Source: an uncultured bacterium (GTDB taxonomy: Bacteria > Hydrothermota > UBA3073 > NMUJ01 > CBEVQO01). From it: a stretch of 64,000 nt of DNA. How positions within the stretch are numbered: the first letter of the stretch is position 1; the number at the start of each line of letters is the position of its first letter. The notes under the pieces were generated by a model that worked only from the letters and a program-made list of their open reading frames with translations, did not search any database and had not been told where the DNA came from. The DNA lies in NCBI GenBank assembly GCA_965552055.1, contig CBEVQO010000002.1, positions 96,001 to 160,000 on the forward strand, written 5' to 3'. A program made the translations under genes and the position numbers. This document shows, in pieces, positions 1 to 10,799 of the stretch.

Positions 1-96
1 TTTATTTCACCGATTTTTAAAGGCGTAAAAGTGAAAACTTTTTCTTTTATCTTTTCTGCTTCCTTATCGAGGTTGATTCCTTCCAATTTATCGTAT

Positions 97-2814
97 CTAT
101 CTCATAAATGTAACTTTCTCGATGTAACGGTTATTAGATGATTCTATCGAAACGAAATAAATTCCGCTGGATAAATCTTTTAAATCTATCGTCAATATAT
201 TTTTCCCCTGCTTTACTTTATTATATTCTGCAAATTTTACCATTCTACCTGCTATATCATATACTTTTATTTTTACTTTGTCCTTTTCCGGCAGAATTAA
301 ATAAATTTTCGCATAATCTTTTAAAGGATTTGGAGCTATTTTAACTGAAAATTTGTATATCCCTTTGTTCCCAATCGAGAGAGGACTGCTTAATGCTCTC
401 CATACCCTGAAACTGCTCGTCGATTTACTTACACTAACATTATTATTCCAGACAACAAGCCCATATAGTCCTGTATACGGTGCCGAGTAAGTAAATTCTT
501 TATAATTACCTGCAGTAACCGAATCACAAAAGCCTTCAGATTCATTCCTGTTCTTTATGTAAGAAACGGAATTTGATGAAAATATGGCTATACCAAAAGA
601 ACCTGCTCCTGAGAGACACTCGATACCAAGATAATACTGATTGCCACTATCAAGATATACATTAAAAATTTTTACAGGTTCATTATCGTTCACAACATAT
701 TCGGAAGACCAGCCTTCTGCTTGCAAAGTGTCTTCCGCAACATCCCATTCAATGTAATAATCACCTGTGCCTTCTTTCCTATAAACACCTGGATAATAGG
801 AAGAATAATTACCGTATCTTCCATCAACTACTATAAAATCTGTTAAGTTACCTTCATATTTAGATTCACTCACATATTTTGAAAAGCCATTATTTGCATC
901 AACATAATCTGTGTATAATCTTAAATTAAAGTCACCACCATTTAAAGATTTAATTCCAACAACCTGCCATATATCAGCTACATCGAATTTAAAGCCATCA
1001 CAATTTATGGGTTCAACAGGACTTAATTCTGTCCAGGGGTCTGGCGGTGTCTTGCAGATTTTTGGCACTCCTTCCTGTAGCTGAATCGGGGCAAACACCC
1101 ATTGCTTTGCCCATTTGTTGTTATCATAAGATAACTCAATGAATCTATCACGATTATCTATTTCAAGCTTCAAAGTGTGCCTCCCTCCCATTATAAGCAC
1201 GGGTACATCCTCTACATAAGCATACCAGCCAGATTGTAAAGGCTCAACATAATAAGATGCTTTTAATCTGTCGTCAACATAAAGGTAGAAATAAAAAGAA
1301 TCCGGCACATCAACGGGCGATGAATCAATCACTGCGAGGTCTACATAAGTCGAATCCACACCGGTTGGCTCAGAACCTATCAGGGTATCGGATACAGTAT
1401 TGCTTCCTTTTTCTTTTGATGGCACTACAGGGTAATCCCAGCCAGATGGAGTATAAACAGATAAATCGCATGATTTTGTAAGTGCATCGCTCGATGCAAA
1501 ATAAATATCATAGCCACCATGATAGGGAACATTCCTTTTATCTGTCCAGCAAATCCTTGGATGACTATCCGCAAAAAGCAACGAAGCATTCCTGTATTCG
1601 CACACAGCAGTAGATTTATCGGTTACAAGAAGTTCTGTCTTTGTCGCCCAGAAATCATTTGAGTAAATATAGTAAACATCTCCTGTTGTGCCATCCATAT
1701 AAACACAATATACAATGGAATCAATGGAATAAACATCGGGATAACAATCATCATAATTTAAGTAATTCGCAATCGCAATGTCCGAAGTGAAGTTTACACC
1801 ACCATCAGTAGAATACGCTCCATAAACATCCCAATCAGTATCGACATAAACTTGATAAACTATAAAGAAATAATTGGAATTCGCATGACATTGAGGATAA
1901 CGCTCATCATTGGTATATTCCGATATAGATACTTCTGTCCAGGTATTGCTTCCTAATCCGTTGTTATATTTATAATGGATGTCTCGGTCAGTTGATGAAT
2001 ACCACCATTCGTAAACCACTCCGACATGTGAGTCAGAAATGCTTACATCGGGATAAGTTTCATGATTGCTGGAACTTGCCAGACCATCGTGATAATCATA
2101 CCAGCTCAATCCACCATCATCCGAATACACATAACCTATATCATAATCAGTGCCATCACCATAATAATCAAACTGGAAAGCCACATAAATATAATTATCT
2201 TTTATAGCGATCGATGGATAACCGCAATCACCATACCATGTCCATGTATCTATACCCCACAGCTCCCATTTCTCACCATCAGGGGAAACCGCAAAGCAGA
2301 AATATGGTTGCGATGTAACATAATCTATTTGAAATACTACAAAAATTGTATCACCGGAATTTATTGCAATATCTGGATTTCTTAAATCCCATTCATCCGA
2401 ATATATTATCACAAGGTGCTCCCAGTGGTCTCCACCATCTTTTGACCTCGCAACAAGCACATCATAATACCCATCTGAGTCAAGATAATCAAATGCACAG
2501 TAAAGATTTCCATCACTATCTACTGCAATTTTGGGACGTTGCTGGTTATCCTCCCAGTTATTTATTGCTCTGTTAGGTGGCCATGTATTTTTTATCCCTT
2601 TTACCATGCCTGACTTTGCACCCTTTAAAACGCCTTTTTCACGCTTTATATAATTTAATTTTTCAGCAAAATGAATTCCAAATTTCCCATTGCATATTTT
2701 ATCAACATTACTTAAATTTAAAGTTTGATTAACCTTCCTGCCTTCTGGCAAAATATTATAATTCCTTGTAGGTTTATTTGAAATCAGAAAAGATATTAAA
2801 ACCAAAGCAATCAT
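97..2814 (-). CDS. Secreted protein with BNR/sialidase-like repeats, CARDB-like Ig domain and T9SS type-A C-terminal sorting domain
   Basis: 905-aa ORF with a hydrophobic N-terminus, Asp-box motifs (SKDGGDHW, SDDGGLSW, STDGGVNF) and a C-terminal IAPNP...IYDIAGRMV...LSSGIYFV sorting signature. Confidence 0.8.
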   Translation of the reverse strand: MIALVLISFLISNKPTRNYNILPEGRKVNQTLNLSNVDKICNGKFGIHFAEKLNYIKREKGVLKGAKSGMVKGIKNTWPPNRAINNWEDNQQRPKIAVDSDGNLYCAFDYLDSDGYYDVLVARSKDGGDHWEHLVIIYSDEWDLRNPDIAINSGDTIFVVFQIDYVTSQPYFCFAVSPDGEKWELWGIDTWTWYGDCGYPSIAIKDNYIYVAFQFDYYGDGTDYDIGYVYSDDGGLSWYDYHDGLASSSNHETYPDVSISDSHVGVVYEWWYSSTDRDIHYKYNNGLGSNTWTEVSISEYTNDERYPQCHANSNYFFIVYQVYVDTDWDVYGAYSTDGGVNFTSDIAIANYLNYDDCYPDVYSIDSIVYCVYMDGTTGDVYYIYSNDFWATKTELLVTDKSTAVCEYRNASLLFADSHPRICWTDKRNVPYHGGYDIYFASSDALTKSCDLSVYTPSGWDYPVVPSKEKGSNTVSDTLIGSEPTGVDSTYVDLAVIDSSPVDVPDSFYFYLYVDDRLKASYYVEPLQSGWYAYVEDVPVLIMGGRHTLKLEIDNRDRFIELSYDNNKWAKQWVFAPIQLQEGVPKICKTPPDPWTELSPVEPINCDGFKFDVADIWQVVGIKSLNGGDFNLRLYTDYVDANNGFSKYVSESKYEGNLTDFIVVDGRYGNYSSYYPGVYRKEGTGDYYIEWDVAEDTLQAEGWSSEYVVNDNEPVKIFNVYLDSGNQYYLGIECLSGAGSFGIAIFSSNSVSYIKNRNESEGFCDSVTAGNYKEFTYSAPYTGLYGLVVWNNNVSVSKSTSSFRVWRALSSPLSIGNKGIYKFSVKIAPNPLKDYAKIYLILPEKDKVKIKVYDIAGRMVKFAEYNKVKQGKNILTIDLKDLSSGIYFVSIESSNNRYIEKVTFMR

Positions 2815-5800
2815 TTTACCTTCACCACTTTTTCTTTCAGGTCAAAATCTTTTACCCTTAGCCTCACAAAATAAACCCCGGCACGCAAATCCCTCAAATC
2901 TATCTTTAACATCCTCTCCTTTACACCATCAAATTCCAACCGCTTCACAATTCTACCCGTACAATCATAAATTATCAACTTCAAATCATCTTCTTGAGGC
3001 AATTTACAATAAAGATTCAGATAAGATGTCAAAGGATTAGGTGAAAGGTTAAAAATCAAAGCATTACCTGCAAGGTCAACCCCATATTTCTTCTTTGAAC
3101 TCGTATAATAACTGTATTTATCAATATCAAAGCCGTATTTTGTAACAGAATAATCTGTAACCAATCTTATTTTTATCACACTACCCTGAACTTCATCCGA
3201 CCAGAAATTACCTTTCGCACCACTGTATCTTGCTATTTGATTATTGCTACCATCGTAAATATAAACAAAATCATAGCCCTGTTCTACATCGAAGTTTACA
3301 AAATGTACTTTCATCTTGTCTGCCCCTGTCCTCGCAATTATCCATGTGTTATCATAATAATTTGAATAGTTATGAGGCGTTGAAATTGATGTATCTACAT
3401 CCGTCCATACACCCTGTGATGCACCATCTACAGGCACAAATTTAATAGACATAGTATTACCCACACCAGAAGTATAAGCAAGACCCTTTGTGCCATCTTC
3501 ATTTTCAATACCTATCACAGTAGTGTAATCCGTTGTTATCGATTTATATGTCATCGTAATTGAATAATCGTTTCTGTTCAAAACAACTTGAAATGTTTGA
3601 AGATTATCATTTCCATAGTTTTTCACATTCTCCCATGATACCACAAAAACAGAATCATTGTATCCATATTTTATCTCACCATTTGCCGAAGGATTTAAAT
3701 CACGCCAGAATACCGCTATTAAAGCATTGGGTTCCGATGTGTTCGGGATATTACGGGGTTGATAGGAATTTGAGGTTGATGTAAAGCTTAAAAATCCATT
3801 ACTGCATACATTTATTGCATTGTAACTTCTACCGTAAAAAACAAAGTTCCATGGTAACGAAATTGTTTTTGTTTCATCATCTCCTGTCACTCCGGTTGAT
3901 GCAGATACATTCCACCACAGATAAGGGGTACTCACAATTTTATAATCTCCGACACCTGTTGTGCCACCAGGTGCTTCTCCTATTCCATGATTGTAAAAGA
4001 TTTGTTCAATTGTCGTTTTATGTGCCCCACCATATAAATTCTGGTCTGCCTGAATTATCGCCTGCCTGCCATCTATAAATTTGGCAGGATAATAAAATTC
4101 ACTCGCAAATATTATGGAATCTGCAATGTTTTTGCCAACTGCTTCTCTAATATCCCACAATGCACTGGAATAAATTTTTGAATCTTCATGCACTTCTCCA
4201 ACCCAATCGTCAGGATATCTGTAATCCTGTGAAATATCTCTTTGATATTGCTGTGCCATAACCCAATCACCGATAACCGGGTCGTTCGTTACAGATGCAG
4301 GGAAGTAATCGGAGTATGCTTCATCCATCGCACCTGACTGCCCTTCGTAAGGTAATGCATCTTCAGGATATACATGATGGGTTACTCCATGCGTATATTC
4401 ATGATATATCACATCTGCTGCCCTTGAAGTTTGCAAAAGATTTTGACCATCGCCATCACCAAGATAAATATTCTGGTCACGGGGATTATAAAATGCATTG
4501 GCATAATTTGTGCCATAATGAACCGTTACCTTTATCTGATAATCCATCCCATTAAATCCCAGAAATTTCTTGTAATAATCATGAATATAATTTATGTGAT
4601 AGAAAACATTTACTTCATCGCAATGTGTATTATTTGGCGGATAATCCCATGTCCATGTGACTTCTCCTTTTGCCCTTTTCGCAGGTGTAAACTGTATCGC
4701 AAAGGAATTTGAAGGCGCACCTGTATATGCTTTTCCTGCAGTTCCATCCTGATTTTCTATTCCTATCACTGTTGTTACATCATTTGTAATATTTTGATAC
4801 TGGAAAATAATAGTGCCATCGGATTTTAAAATTACCTGGAATGTCTGGGTATTTGAATTTGCATAGTTCTTTACTCCCTGCCATGTTACTACAAATTTCG
4901 TTGCATCGCTGTAATATGTTATTTCGCCTGTGGCTGAAGGATTTAAATCCCTCCAGAAAGGAGCAATTAGAGCATTTGGCTCATCACTATTGGGAATATC
5001 TTTCGGCTGATAAGAAGTGGATGTTGATGTAAAACTCAAAAATCCATTACTACAGATACTCACCTGATTATAATTAACACCATAAAAATTAAAGGTAAAG
5101 GGTAGCGAAAACACCTTGCTATCATCATCTCCAGTTATTCCTGTAGATGTCGATGTATAAATCCAGGAAAATGCCGGATACGAAATAGTATAATCAACAG
5201 TTGTTTGGGATTGTCCAATCGGTGTAAATTTATATGCTTTGCCATTGGCAATTGAAGAAAGGGCTTTTCCTTTTGTACCAGTTTCATTTTCTATCCCTGC
5301 GACTGTAGATACACCACCGGTTACAGATTGGTATTGAAAGACAATACTACCATCCTGATAAAGAATAACCTGAAATGTTTGTAGATCGGAATTTGCATAA
5401 TTTTTAACTCCCTGATAGGTAACAACAAATTTATCAGAATAATAACTTCCTGAATGTAAAATTTGACCCTGTGCAGATGGATTTAAATCACGCCAGAGAG
5501 GAGCAATCATAGCATTTGGCTCTTCACTATTTGGAATTGCTTTTGGCTGATATGAAGTAGAAGTTGATGTAAAACTCAAAAATCCGTTGCTACAAATTCT
5601 TACAGATGAGTATGATTTGCCGTAAAATGTGAAAGTAAAGGGCAATGTGATAGGTGCACTCACCTGGTCGTCACCGGTTATCCCTGCATCGGTCGTAACT
5701 CCTTCTGATATCCAGTTGTAAGTAACTTCTTCAACTCTATAATCTTCATTTAATGTTTCTTCACCTGTCGCAGGTACATAGTAATATACTACATCGTCAT

Positions 5801-6701
5801 AATCTTCATTATGTGCCCAGCAATAAGGACCTCGCAATGCAGATATTAAAGTATCATCAACTGCAAGATAGTAGTATCCATTTTCATCTGTGGTTGCTCT
5901 CTGTCCACCAACCCACACATATTCGTTGGGGAATGCACGCACCTCCATCGCATCACCACCTGTCAGCGGGAAAATTTTACCATAAACATATCCATAGGTG
6001 GCAAAACGCAAATCATTTAATTTTTTAACAACTTCACCTGAAATAGCATCAACATAATAAATCCAGTAGCCAAGTGGTTCTGTGCACCATATTTTTACTT
6101 TATAACATAATCTATAATCCAAACCTTCGGGCAATATCACAGGATATGCTGTGTCAACTTCAAAAGGTTTTTGCGGTGATAATTCTCTCAATGCACAGTT
6201 TATTGCATCTTCTTTTGATAAAACAGGATTAATATCAATACTTATATCGGGCTTAAAGTCGGATACCACCCAGAAAACGCTACCATCCTTTAAATGCACC
6301 TTCACAGCCCCACCTTCTACCTTTACTCCTTTATAATACTGTTCAAAATACAAATGATTTTCTTTCATTCTATCGTTTTGTGTCTTTAACTTCAATTCAT
6401 CCACTTTTATCCTGAATAAATCGTATTCTTTTTTCAAAAATCCTTTTGCTATCTGTTCGGGTGACCCCTTCTCTTTTTCCGTCATGAAATCATAAACAGA
6501 ATGGGGTAATCCTGTGTATTCGTCCCATATTATTTTTGGCTTACCTTTATATCTTGCGTAAAAATCTTTAAATGCCTTTTTACAATCTTCCCTTGGAGCT
6601 ATTTTTGGATATTCTTTCTTTTCTCCTTTAAAATGATACTCCGGCAAAAACGCAAATAGATTTAAAGGCAAAATGAATATTATCAACATTTTCTTCATCA
6701 T
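2811..6701 (-). CDS. Secreted M4/M36-like zinc metallopeptidase (FTP/PepSY propeptide, three nidogen-like repeats, CUB domain, T9SS C-terminal domain)
   Basis: Signal peptide; FEQYYKGVKVEGG (FTP); YYVDAISGEV (PepSY); NAFY, HEYTH and GAMDEAYSD thermolysin motifs; CUB motif FDVEQGYDFVYIYDG; C-terminal SPNP...LRAGVYFV. Confidence 0.88.
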   Translation of the reverse strand: MMKKMLIIFILPLNLFAFLPEYHFKGEKKEYPKIAPREDCKKAFKDFYARYKGKPKIIWDEYTGLPHSVYDFMTEKEKGSPEQIAKGFLKKEYDLFRIKVDELKLKTQNDRMKENHLYFEQYYKGVKVEGGAVKVHLKDGSVFWVVSDFKPDISIDINPVLSKEDAINCALRELSPQKPFEVDTAYPVILPEGLDYRLCYKVKIWCTEPLGYWIYYVDAISGEVVKKLNDLRFATYGYVYGKIFPLTGGDAMEVRAFPNEYVWVGGQRATTDENGYYYLAVDDTLISALRGPYCWAHNEDYDDVVYYYVPATGEETLNEDYRVEEVTYNWISEGVTTDAGITGDDQVSAPITLPFTFTFYGKSYSSVRICSNGFLSFTSTSTSYQPKAIPNSEEPNAMIAPLWRDLNPSAQGQILHSGSYYSDKFVVTYQGVKNYANSDLQTFQVILYQDGSIVFQYQSVTGGVSTVAGIENETGTKGKALSSIANGKAYKFTPIGQSQTTVDYTISYPAFSWIYTSTSTGITGDDDSKVFSLPFTFNFYGVNYNQVSICSNGFLSFTSTSTSYQPKDIPNSDEPNALIAPFWRDLNPSATGEITYYSDATKFVVTWQGVKNYANSNTQTFQVILKSDGTIIFQYQNITNDVTTVIGIENQDGTAGKAYTGAPSNSFAIQFTPAKRAKGEVTWTWDYPPNNTHCDEVNVFYHINYIHDYYKKFLGFNGMDYQIKVTVHYGTNYANAFYNPRDQNIYLGDGDGQNLLQTSRAADVIYHEYTHGVTHHVYPEDALPYEGQSGAMDEAYSDYFPASVTNDPVIGDWVMAQQYQRDISQDYRYPDDWVGEVHEDSKIYSSALWDIREAVGKNIADSIIFASEFYYPAKFIDGRQAIIQADQNLYGGAHKTTIEQIFYNHGIGEAPGGTTGVGDYKIVSTPYLWWNVSASTGVTGDDETKTISLPWNFVFYGRSYNAINVCSNGFLSFTSTSNSYQPRNIPNTSEPNALIAVFWRDLNPSANGEIKYGYNDSVFVVSWENVKNYGNDNLQTFQVVLNRNDYSITMTYKSITTDYTTVIGIENEDGTKGLAYTSGVGNTMSIKFVPVDGASQGVWTDVDTSISTPHNYSNYYDNTWIIARTGADKMKVHFVNFDVEQGYDFVYIYDGSNNQIARYSGAKGNFWSDEVQGSVIKIRLVTDYSVTKYGFDIDKYSYYTSSKKKYGVDLAGNALIFNLSPNPLTSYLNLYCKLPQEDDLKLIIYDCTGRIVKRLEFDGVKERMLKIDLRDLRAGVYFVRLRVKDFDLKEKVVKVK

Positions 6702-6703
6702 TT

Positions 6704-6730
6704 ATTATAATCCAATTTATTATTTGTCAA
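6704..6730 (-). promoter_or_regulatory. Sigma70-like promoter TTGACA-N15-TATAAT
   Basis: Perfect hexamers on the minus strand, 2-5 nt upstream of ATGATG. Confidence 0.7.
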
Positions 6731-6754
6731 TATTTTTTGAGAAATTTGGTGTTA

Positions 6755-6925
6755 AAATTTTTATTACGAGCGAAGCGAGTGCTTTACATATGGGTTGATA
6801 TGTCAGCCCATTACGGAATGTGGGTTATAGCAGGAGTTGTGTTTTATCTGCTGTTTACATATTTCAGCGATAGTGGCGGGCTGACTTAATCGGGAAGGTG
6901 GGGACAGCGGAGGAGGGGCTAAAAA
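6755..6925 (+). repeat. Structured intergenic repeat, copy 1
   Basis: Highly similar to 41321-41495; inverted repeat gtcagccc...gggctgac; G-rich end gggaaggtggggacagcggagg. Confidence 0.85.
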
Positions 6926-7524
6926 TTTTTTTTACAAAAATTTTTAAATCCACATTCTGAACATCTGGGGTTTCTTGGTAAACATATTTCTTTTCCAAAT
7001 CTTACTAAAACTTTGTTTATCCATCCCCAGTATTCTTTTTTTAAAATTTTTTTCAATTCTTTTTCTGTTTCTTCTGGCGTTTTTGTATTCACAATTCCTG
7101 TTCTATTCATGATTCTATGCACATGGGTATCGACTGGCAAAGCAGGTTTTCCAAATCCAAAAGCAAGCACACAGTTCGCTGTCTTGCGACCAACACCCGG
7201 CAATTTTAAAAGCTCATCAATATCCCTCGGCACCTCTCCCCCATATTCTTCTAAAATTTTTTGCGCTATCTCTTTTATCCTTTTTGCCTTCTGACGATAA
7301 AATCCAACAGGTTTTATTATCTCTTCAATCTCAGTTATATCAGCATTTACAAAATCTTCCGCTGTTTTAAACTTCTTAAAAAGTTTATCCGTTGTGGGAA
7401 AAGTTATCTCATCTTTTGTCCTATGTGATAAAATTGTGCCAATCAAAACTTTAAGAGGTTCTCTTTTTGTCAAAGTAAATCCATATTTTTCTTTCAGGAA
7501 TTCTACAAATTTTTCAATCTGCAT
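6919..7524 (-). CDS. nth: Endonuclease III (HhH-GPD glycosylase with 4Fe-4S cluster)
   Basis: LLKLPGVGRKTAN HhH motif, PVDTHVHR, C-terminal C-x6-C-x2-C-x5-C. Confidence 0.93.
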   Translation of the reverse strand: MQIEKFVEFLKEKYGFTLTKREPLKVLIGTILSHRTKDEITFPTTDKLFKKFKTAEDFVNADITEIEEIIKPVGFYRQKAKRIKEIAQKILEEYGGEVPRDIDELLKLPGVGRKTANCVLAFGFGKPALPVDTHVHRIMNRTGIVNTKTPEETEKELKKILKKEYWGWINKVLVRFGKEICLPRNPRCSECGFKNFCKKNF

Positions 7525-8452
7525 GAATTTCGATTACATCTTTGTCTTTTAGTTCCTCAAATCTATCAACCTTTTGACCCGGTAATCTTCCTTCGCCCCA
7601 TATTCTTGCATATTTAAAGTTGCGTGCTAAATCTTTGTGAAGAGCTTCTGCTGCATCTATCACCGTTGCACCTTTTTCAAGTATTAATGGGTCTGTATAA
7701 TCCGGTGGTTTGCCAGGTGCCTTCGTGAATACTCTTATTATCTCAAGCGCCTCAAATATCTTCTTTTTCATTTCGCTAAGCCCTTCGCCTGTTTTACCCG
7801 AAATCAAAATCAAATTTAAATCTGGATAAAATTCTTTTAAAACTTCTAACCTGTCTTTTGAAGATGGATCATCGCATTTGTTTCCACAATACAATATTTT
7901 TACATTATGTAATTTTCTCCTTTCTAACTCCTTTTTTATAACTTGCGGTTGTTCTATAACATCGTCATTACCCAAATCAAGTAATACAAGTATTAAATCA
8001 CAGGACCTGTATATATCTGTCATCCAGGGAAAATCTGCATTTATTGGTGGCATATCGAGAAATTGAAATTTTATCTCTTCAAAAGGCGTCATACCCACAT
8101 AGGGTTCCGTTGTCGTAAAAGGATAATCCGCAACTTTAACATCTGCACCCGTTAAAGTGTTAAAAAGTGTTGATTTACCACTATTTGGCATACCACACAG
8201 TCCTATCCTTCCAGCACCTTCTCTTGGAAATCTATACGAAAAGCCTCCCTTTTTCTGACGACGCTGGGCTTCTAACTGGTCCTGTAACTTTGCCATCTTT
8301 GCGCGCAACATTGCACGCAATTTATCCGTGCCTTTGTGATGCGGCATTATGGCAAGCATCTCCTTCAAATATTCTATCTTCTCTTCAAGTGAACTCGCTT
8401 CTCTAAATTTTTTCTCAACTTCAAAAAACTGTGGCGGTAAATTCGCAGGCAT
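7514..8452 (-). CDS. DRG/OBG-family GTPase with TGS domain
   Basis: MPANLPP start, HHKGT, GMPNSGKS, YPFTT, DMPP, NKCD, C-terminal TGS domain (FKYARIWG). Confidence 0.88.
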   Translation of the reverse strand: MPANLPPQFFEVEKKFREASSLEEKIEYLKEMLAIMPHHKGTDKLRAMLRAKMAKLQDQLEAQRRQKKGGFSYRFPREGAGRIGLCGMPNSGKSTLFNTLTGADVKVADYPFTTTEPYVGMTPFEEIKFQFLDMPPINADFPWMTDIYRSCDLILVLLDLGNDDVIEQPQVIKKELERRKLHNVKILYCGNKCDDPSSKDRLEVLKEFYPDLNLILISGKTGEGLSEMKKKIFEALEIIRVFTKAPGKPPDYTDPLILEKGATVIDAAEALHKDLARNFKYARIWGEGRLPGQKVDRFEELKDKDVIEIHAD

Positions 8453-8494
8453 TTTTAATAATTATAACAAAAATACTAATTTTGTCAACCTTTT

Positions 8495-9715
8495 TCATAA
8501 GACAGGAACAATCTGAGAACCATGGGGCATTATCAAAAATCTGGAAGAAGGATTTTTCTCTAAAATGTCATCTATCAACCTCTGCAAATCCTTTACTTTT
8601 TCCATCCTCAAAATTTTTGTGGTATTTTCATCGAGTTCAGAATAAAGATAAATTTTTGCTTTCTTGGTATATTGCACAATTTTTGCAGCTCTTTGCCATC
8701 CGACTTTGAAATTCTTCTTTATAAATTCTATCATCTCATCCGGATTTTCAAAACTTTTCATCATGTTAAAAAATTCATCGTTTCCTATTCCTTTTTCGCA
8801 ACATGCTACAAAAATTATCCTTCCTTTTTCTTTCACCACAGGCACACTCGCATCAAGGGCTTTTACCGCTTGATACAGCTCCCTATCCGAAGGAAATGGT
8901 GCACATGTTATTACGACATCTGGTTCTTCCGAAATTTTAATACATAAATTATTTTTGTAAAATTCCACTCCTGCAAAGAAAGCACAATGCAAATCACCAC
9001 AGAATACTTCGTAAATTTCATCACCGGAATATAAAACCTGAATTGAAAAAACTTTATCAAGCGGAAATAAATTTGCTCCATCCATCATATCAAGATGAAC
9101 AGGATTATTATCCAAATTCAAAATATTAGCATTTTCATCAAAACACAACTTGTGATTATGTTCTATTGTTTCATAATCAGCTAAACCCGGTAAAAAGCTC
9201 TTCCTTCCTCCCATAAATCCTGCAAAATAATGTGGCTCAACAGATGTTATTATCAGCAATTTATCAAAATGAGAAAGTCTTTTGTCAAATTTGACCTTTG
9301 TGCCTCTTTGGGTAAAGCCATACAACTCAGTTTCGCTCTCTGTATTATGATACATAATTTTATCTTTAAATTTATGATAAAACTTTCCCAAAATTTTTTG
9401 TAATTCATCGTCGGCTGGTGCTCTATGAGTTCCGCATGCTACCATCACAGTTATATCTTTGCCTTCCAGATAGCGATAAATCCTCTCCAGAACTTTCGCA
9501 GTAGGTGTTGACCTGGTATGATCATTAACAACTATCAACAGCTTTCCGGTATTTACAAAATCAAAGAAATTTTCCTTTTCCAAAGGATTTAATAACTTTT
9601 CTTCAAAATTTAAGTAATGCTTTTTTATTTCAACTTTATCAAGCACTTTCAAAACATTTTTATCCGGAATTTCTATTTTTAACTTTTGGTTTTTATATGG
9701 AAGTTTTATTTCCAT
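8495..9715 (-). CDS. larA: Nickel-dependent lactate racemase LarA-family protein
   Basis: VNDHTRSTP, ACGTHR, EPHYFAGFMGGRKSFLPG and LYQAVK motifs. Confidence 0.85.
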   Translation of the reverse strand: MEIKLPYKNQKLKIEIPDKNVLKVLDKVEIKKHYLNFEEKLLNPLEKENFFDFVNTGKLLIVVNDHTRSTPTAKVLERIYRYLEGKDITVMVACGTHRAPADDELQKILGKFYHKFKDKIMYHNTESETELYGFTQRGTKVKFDKRLSHFDKLLIITSVEPHYFAGFMGGRKSFLPGLADYETIEHNHKLCFDENANILNLDNNPVHLDMMDGANLFPLDKVFSIQVLYSGDEIYEVFCGDLHCAFFAGVEFYKNNLCIKISEEPDVVITCAPFPSDRELYQAVKALDASVPVVKEKGRIIFVACCEKGIGNDEFFNMMKSFENPDEMIEFIKKNFKVGWQRAAKIVQYTKKAKIYLYSELDENTTKILRMEKVKDLQRLIDDILEKNPSSRFLIMPHGSQIVPVL

Positions 9716-10755
9716 AGGGGTAAAGTTGTTTCTTTTTCTGCTTTCAGTTGTCTTCCACTTTTTACAGAAGAAATTATTGCCTGCATCTTTGTTATCTCGC
9801 CAACCATTAGATCCCTTGAATTCTGCAACATTGTTATTGCACTTGTAAAACGCTTATTTGCTTCGTTTAATAATTTTGTTAAACTTTTTTCCATCTCCTT
9901 TAGAGAAGAACTTAATTTCTGAATACTCAATGGAGGCTGTTTTATCCTTGTAAATACCTGCAAAAGTAAAAGAATAAAAGGCAATAATAAACTATAACTC
10001 AAAATTATAACTCCGCTCTTTGAAGCCTCTTCTCTCAATTTAAGACCTTCTTTTGTGAATACACAAATTTTATAAACAGTATCCGGAATAACTGCAATAC
10101 CAAAGCCTGCTGTCATATCCGGGTCGAGATACTTTGTTATTTTTTCAACCTGTAATCTTACAGCGCTTATTATTTTTCTTACTGCCTCTCGTTTGACCAT
10201 AGGATTTTCGTTTTCGGATTCTATTTTCTCAATTTCTTTTGTTGCCACAAATTTACTGTCTATCGGAATCACTTTATCATCTCCCGGTAAAGAGAGAGCA
10301 AATTCTACTCTTCCGCCTCTTATGGGATAATCTGTTTTTATCCATTCCGATGGTAAATCCTTAAGCACTTCTCTCACTTTTTCTTCTCCTACTTCCCCCT
10401 TTTCGGTGGCATAGCGTGTTTCAAGTCGTCTAACTGCTTCAAATATTTTCTCATCCTGACGATGATGGTGCTGTAAAAATTCGCCTATGGTTGCGAGTAC
10501 TTCTTTTATTTTTGAAGTTTCGCTCTGTGCTTCCTGATTTAATCTTTGAAGATTGTCAATCGCTTCTTTTGTTCTGGAACTTTGTTCTCTCAGCTGTGTT
10601 ACACTTTCGGTAAGAGATTGAATGGCTGACTGCGATTGCTCTACATTCGATAGTTTTTCACGCAAAACCGAAATCTCCGAAATAAATTTGTTATAAATCA
10701 AAAATAAAAGAACGAGAACAACGATTATAAGAATTATGGCATAAAGCCACATCAT
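9706..10755 (-). CDS. rmuC: DNA recombination protein RmuC family
   Basis: N-terminal TM helix, coiled coil, KGEVGE, IPIDSKF, KYLDP..TAGFGI; start moved to ATG 10755, downstream of a promoter at 10764-10790. Confidence 0.8.
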   Translation of the reverse strand: MMWLYAIILIIVVLVLLFLIYNKFISEISVLREKLSNVEQSQSAIQSLTESVTQLREQSSRTKEAIDNLQRLNQEAQSETSKIKEVLATIGEFLQHHHRQDEKIFEAVRRLETRYATEKGEVGEEKVREVLKDLPSEWIKTDYPIRGGRVEFALSLPGDDKVIPIDSKFVATKEIEKIESENENPMVKREAVRKIISAVRLQVEKITKYLDPDMTAGFGIAVIPDTVYKICVFTKEGLKLREEASKSGVIILSYSLLLPFILLLLQVFTRIKQPPLSIQKLSSSLKEMEKSLTKLLNEANKRFTSAITMLQNSRDLMVGEITKMQAIISSVKSGRQLKAEKETTLPLWK

Positions 10756-10799
10756 TACAAAAATTTTTAATAATTTTCCACCTTTGTCAACCAAAAATT

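Noticed and set aside
6755..6925. Repeat as tRNA, group II intron or integron attC
   Set aside because: No cloverleaf or domain V, no clear RYYYAAC/GTTRRRY boundaries, and the copies flank core genes rather than cassettes.
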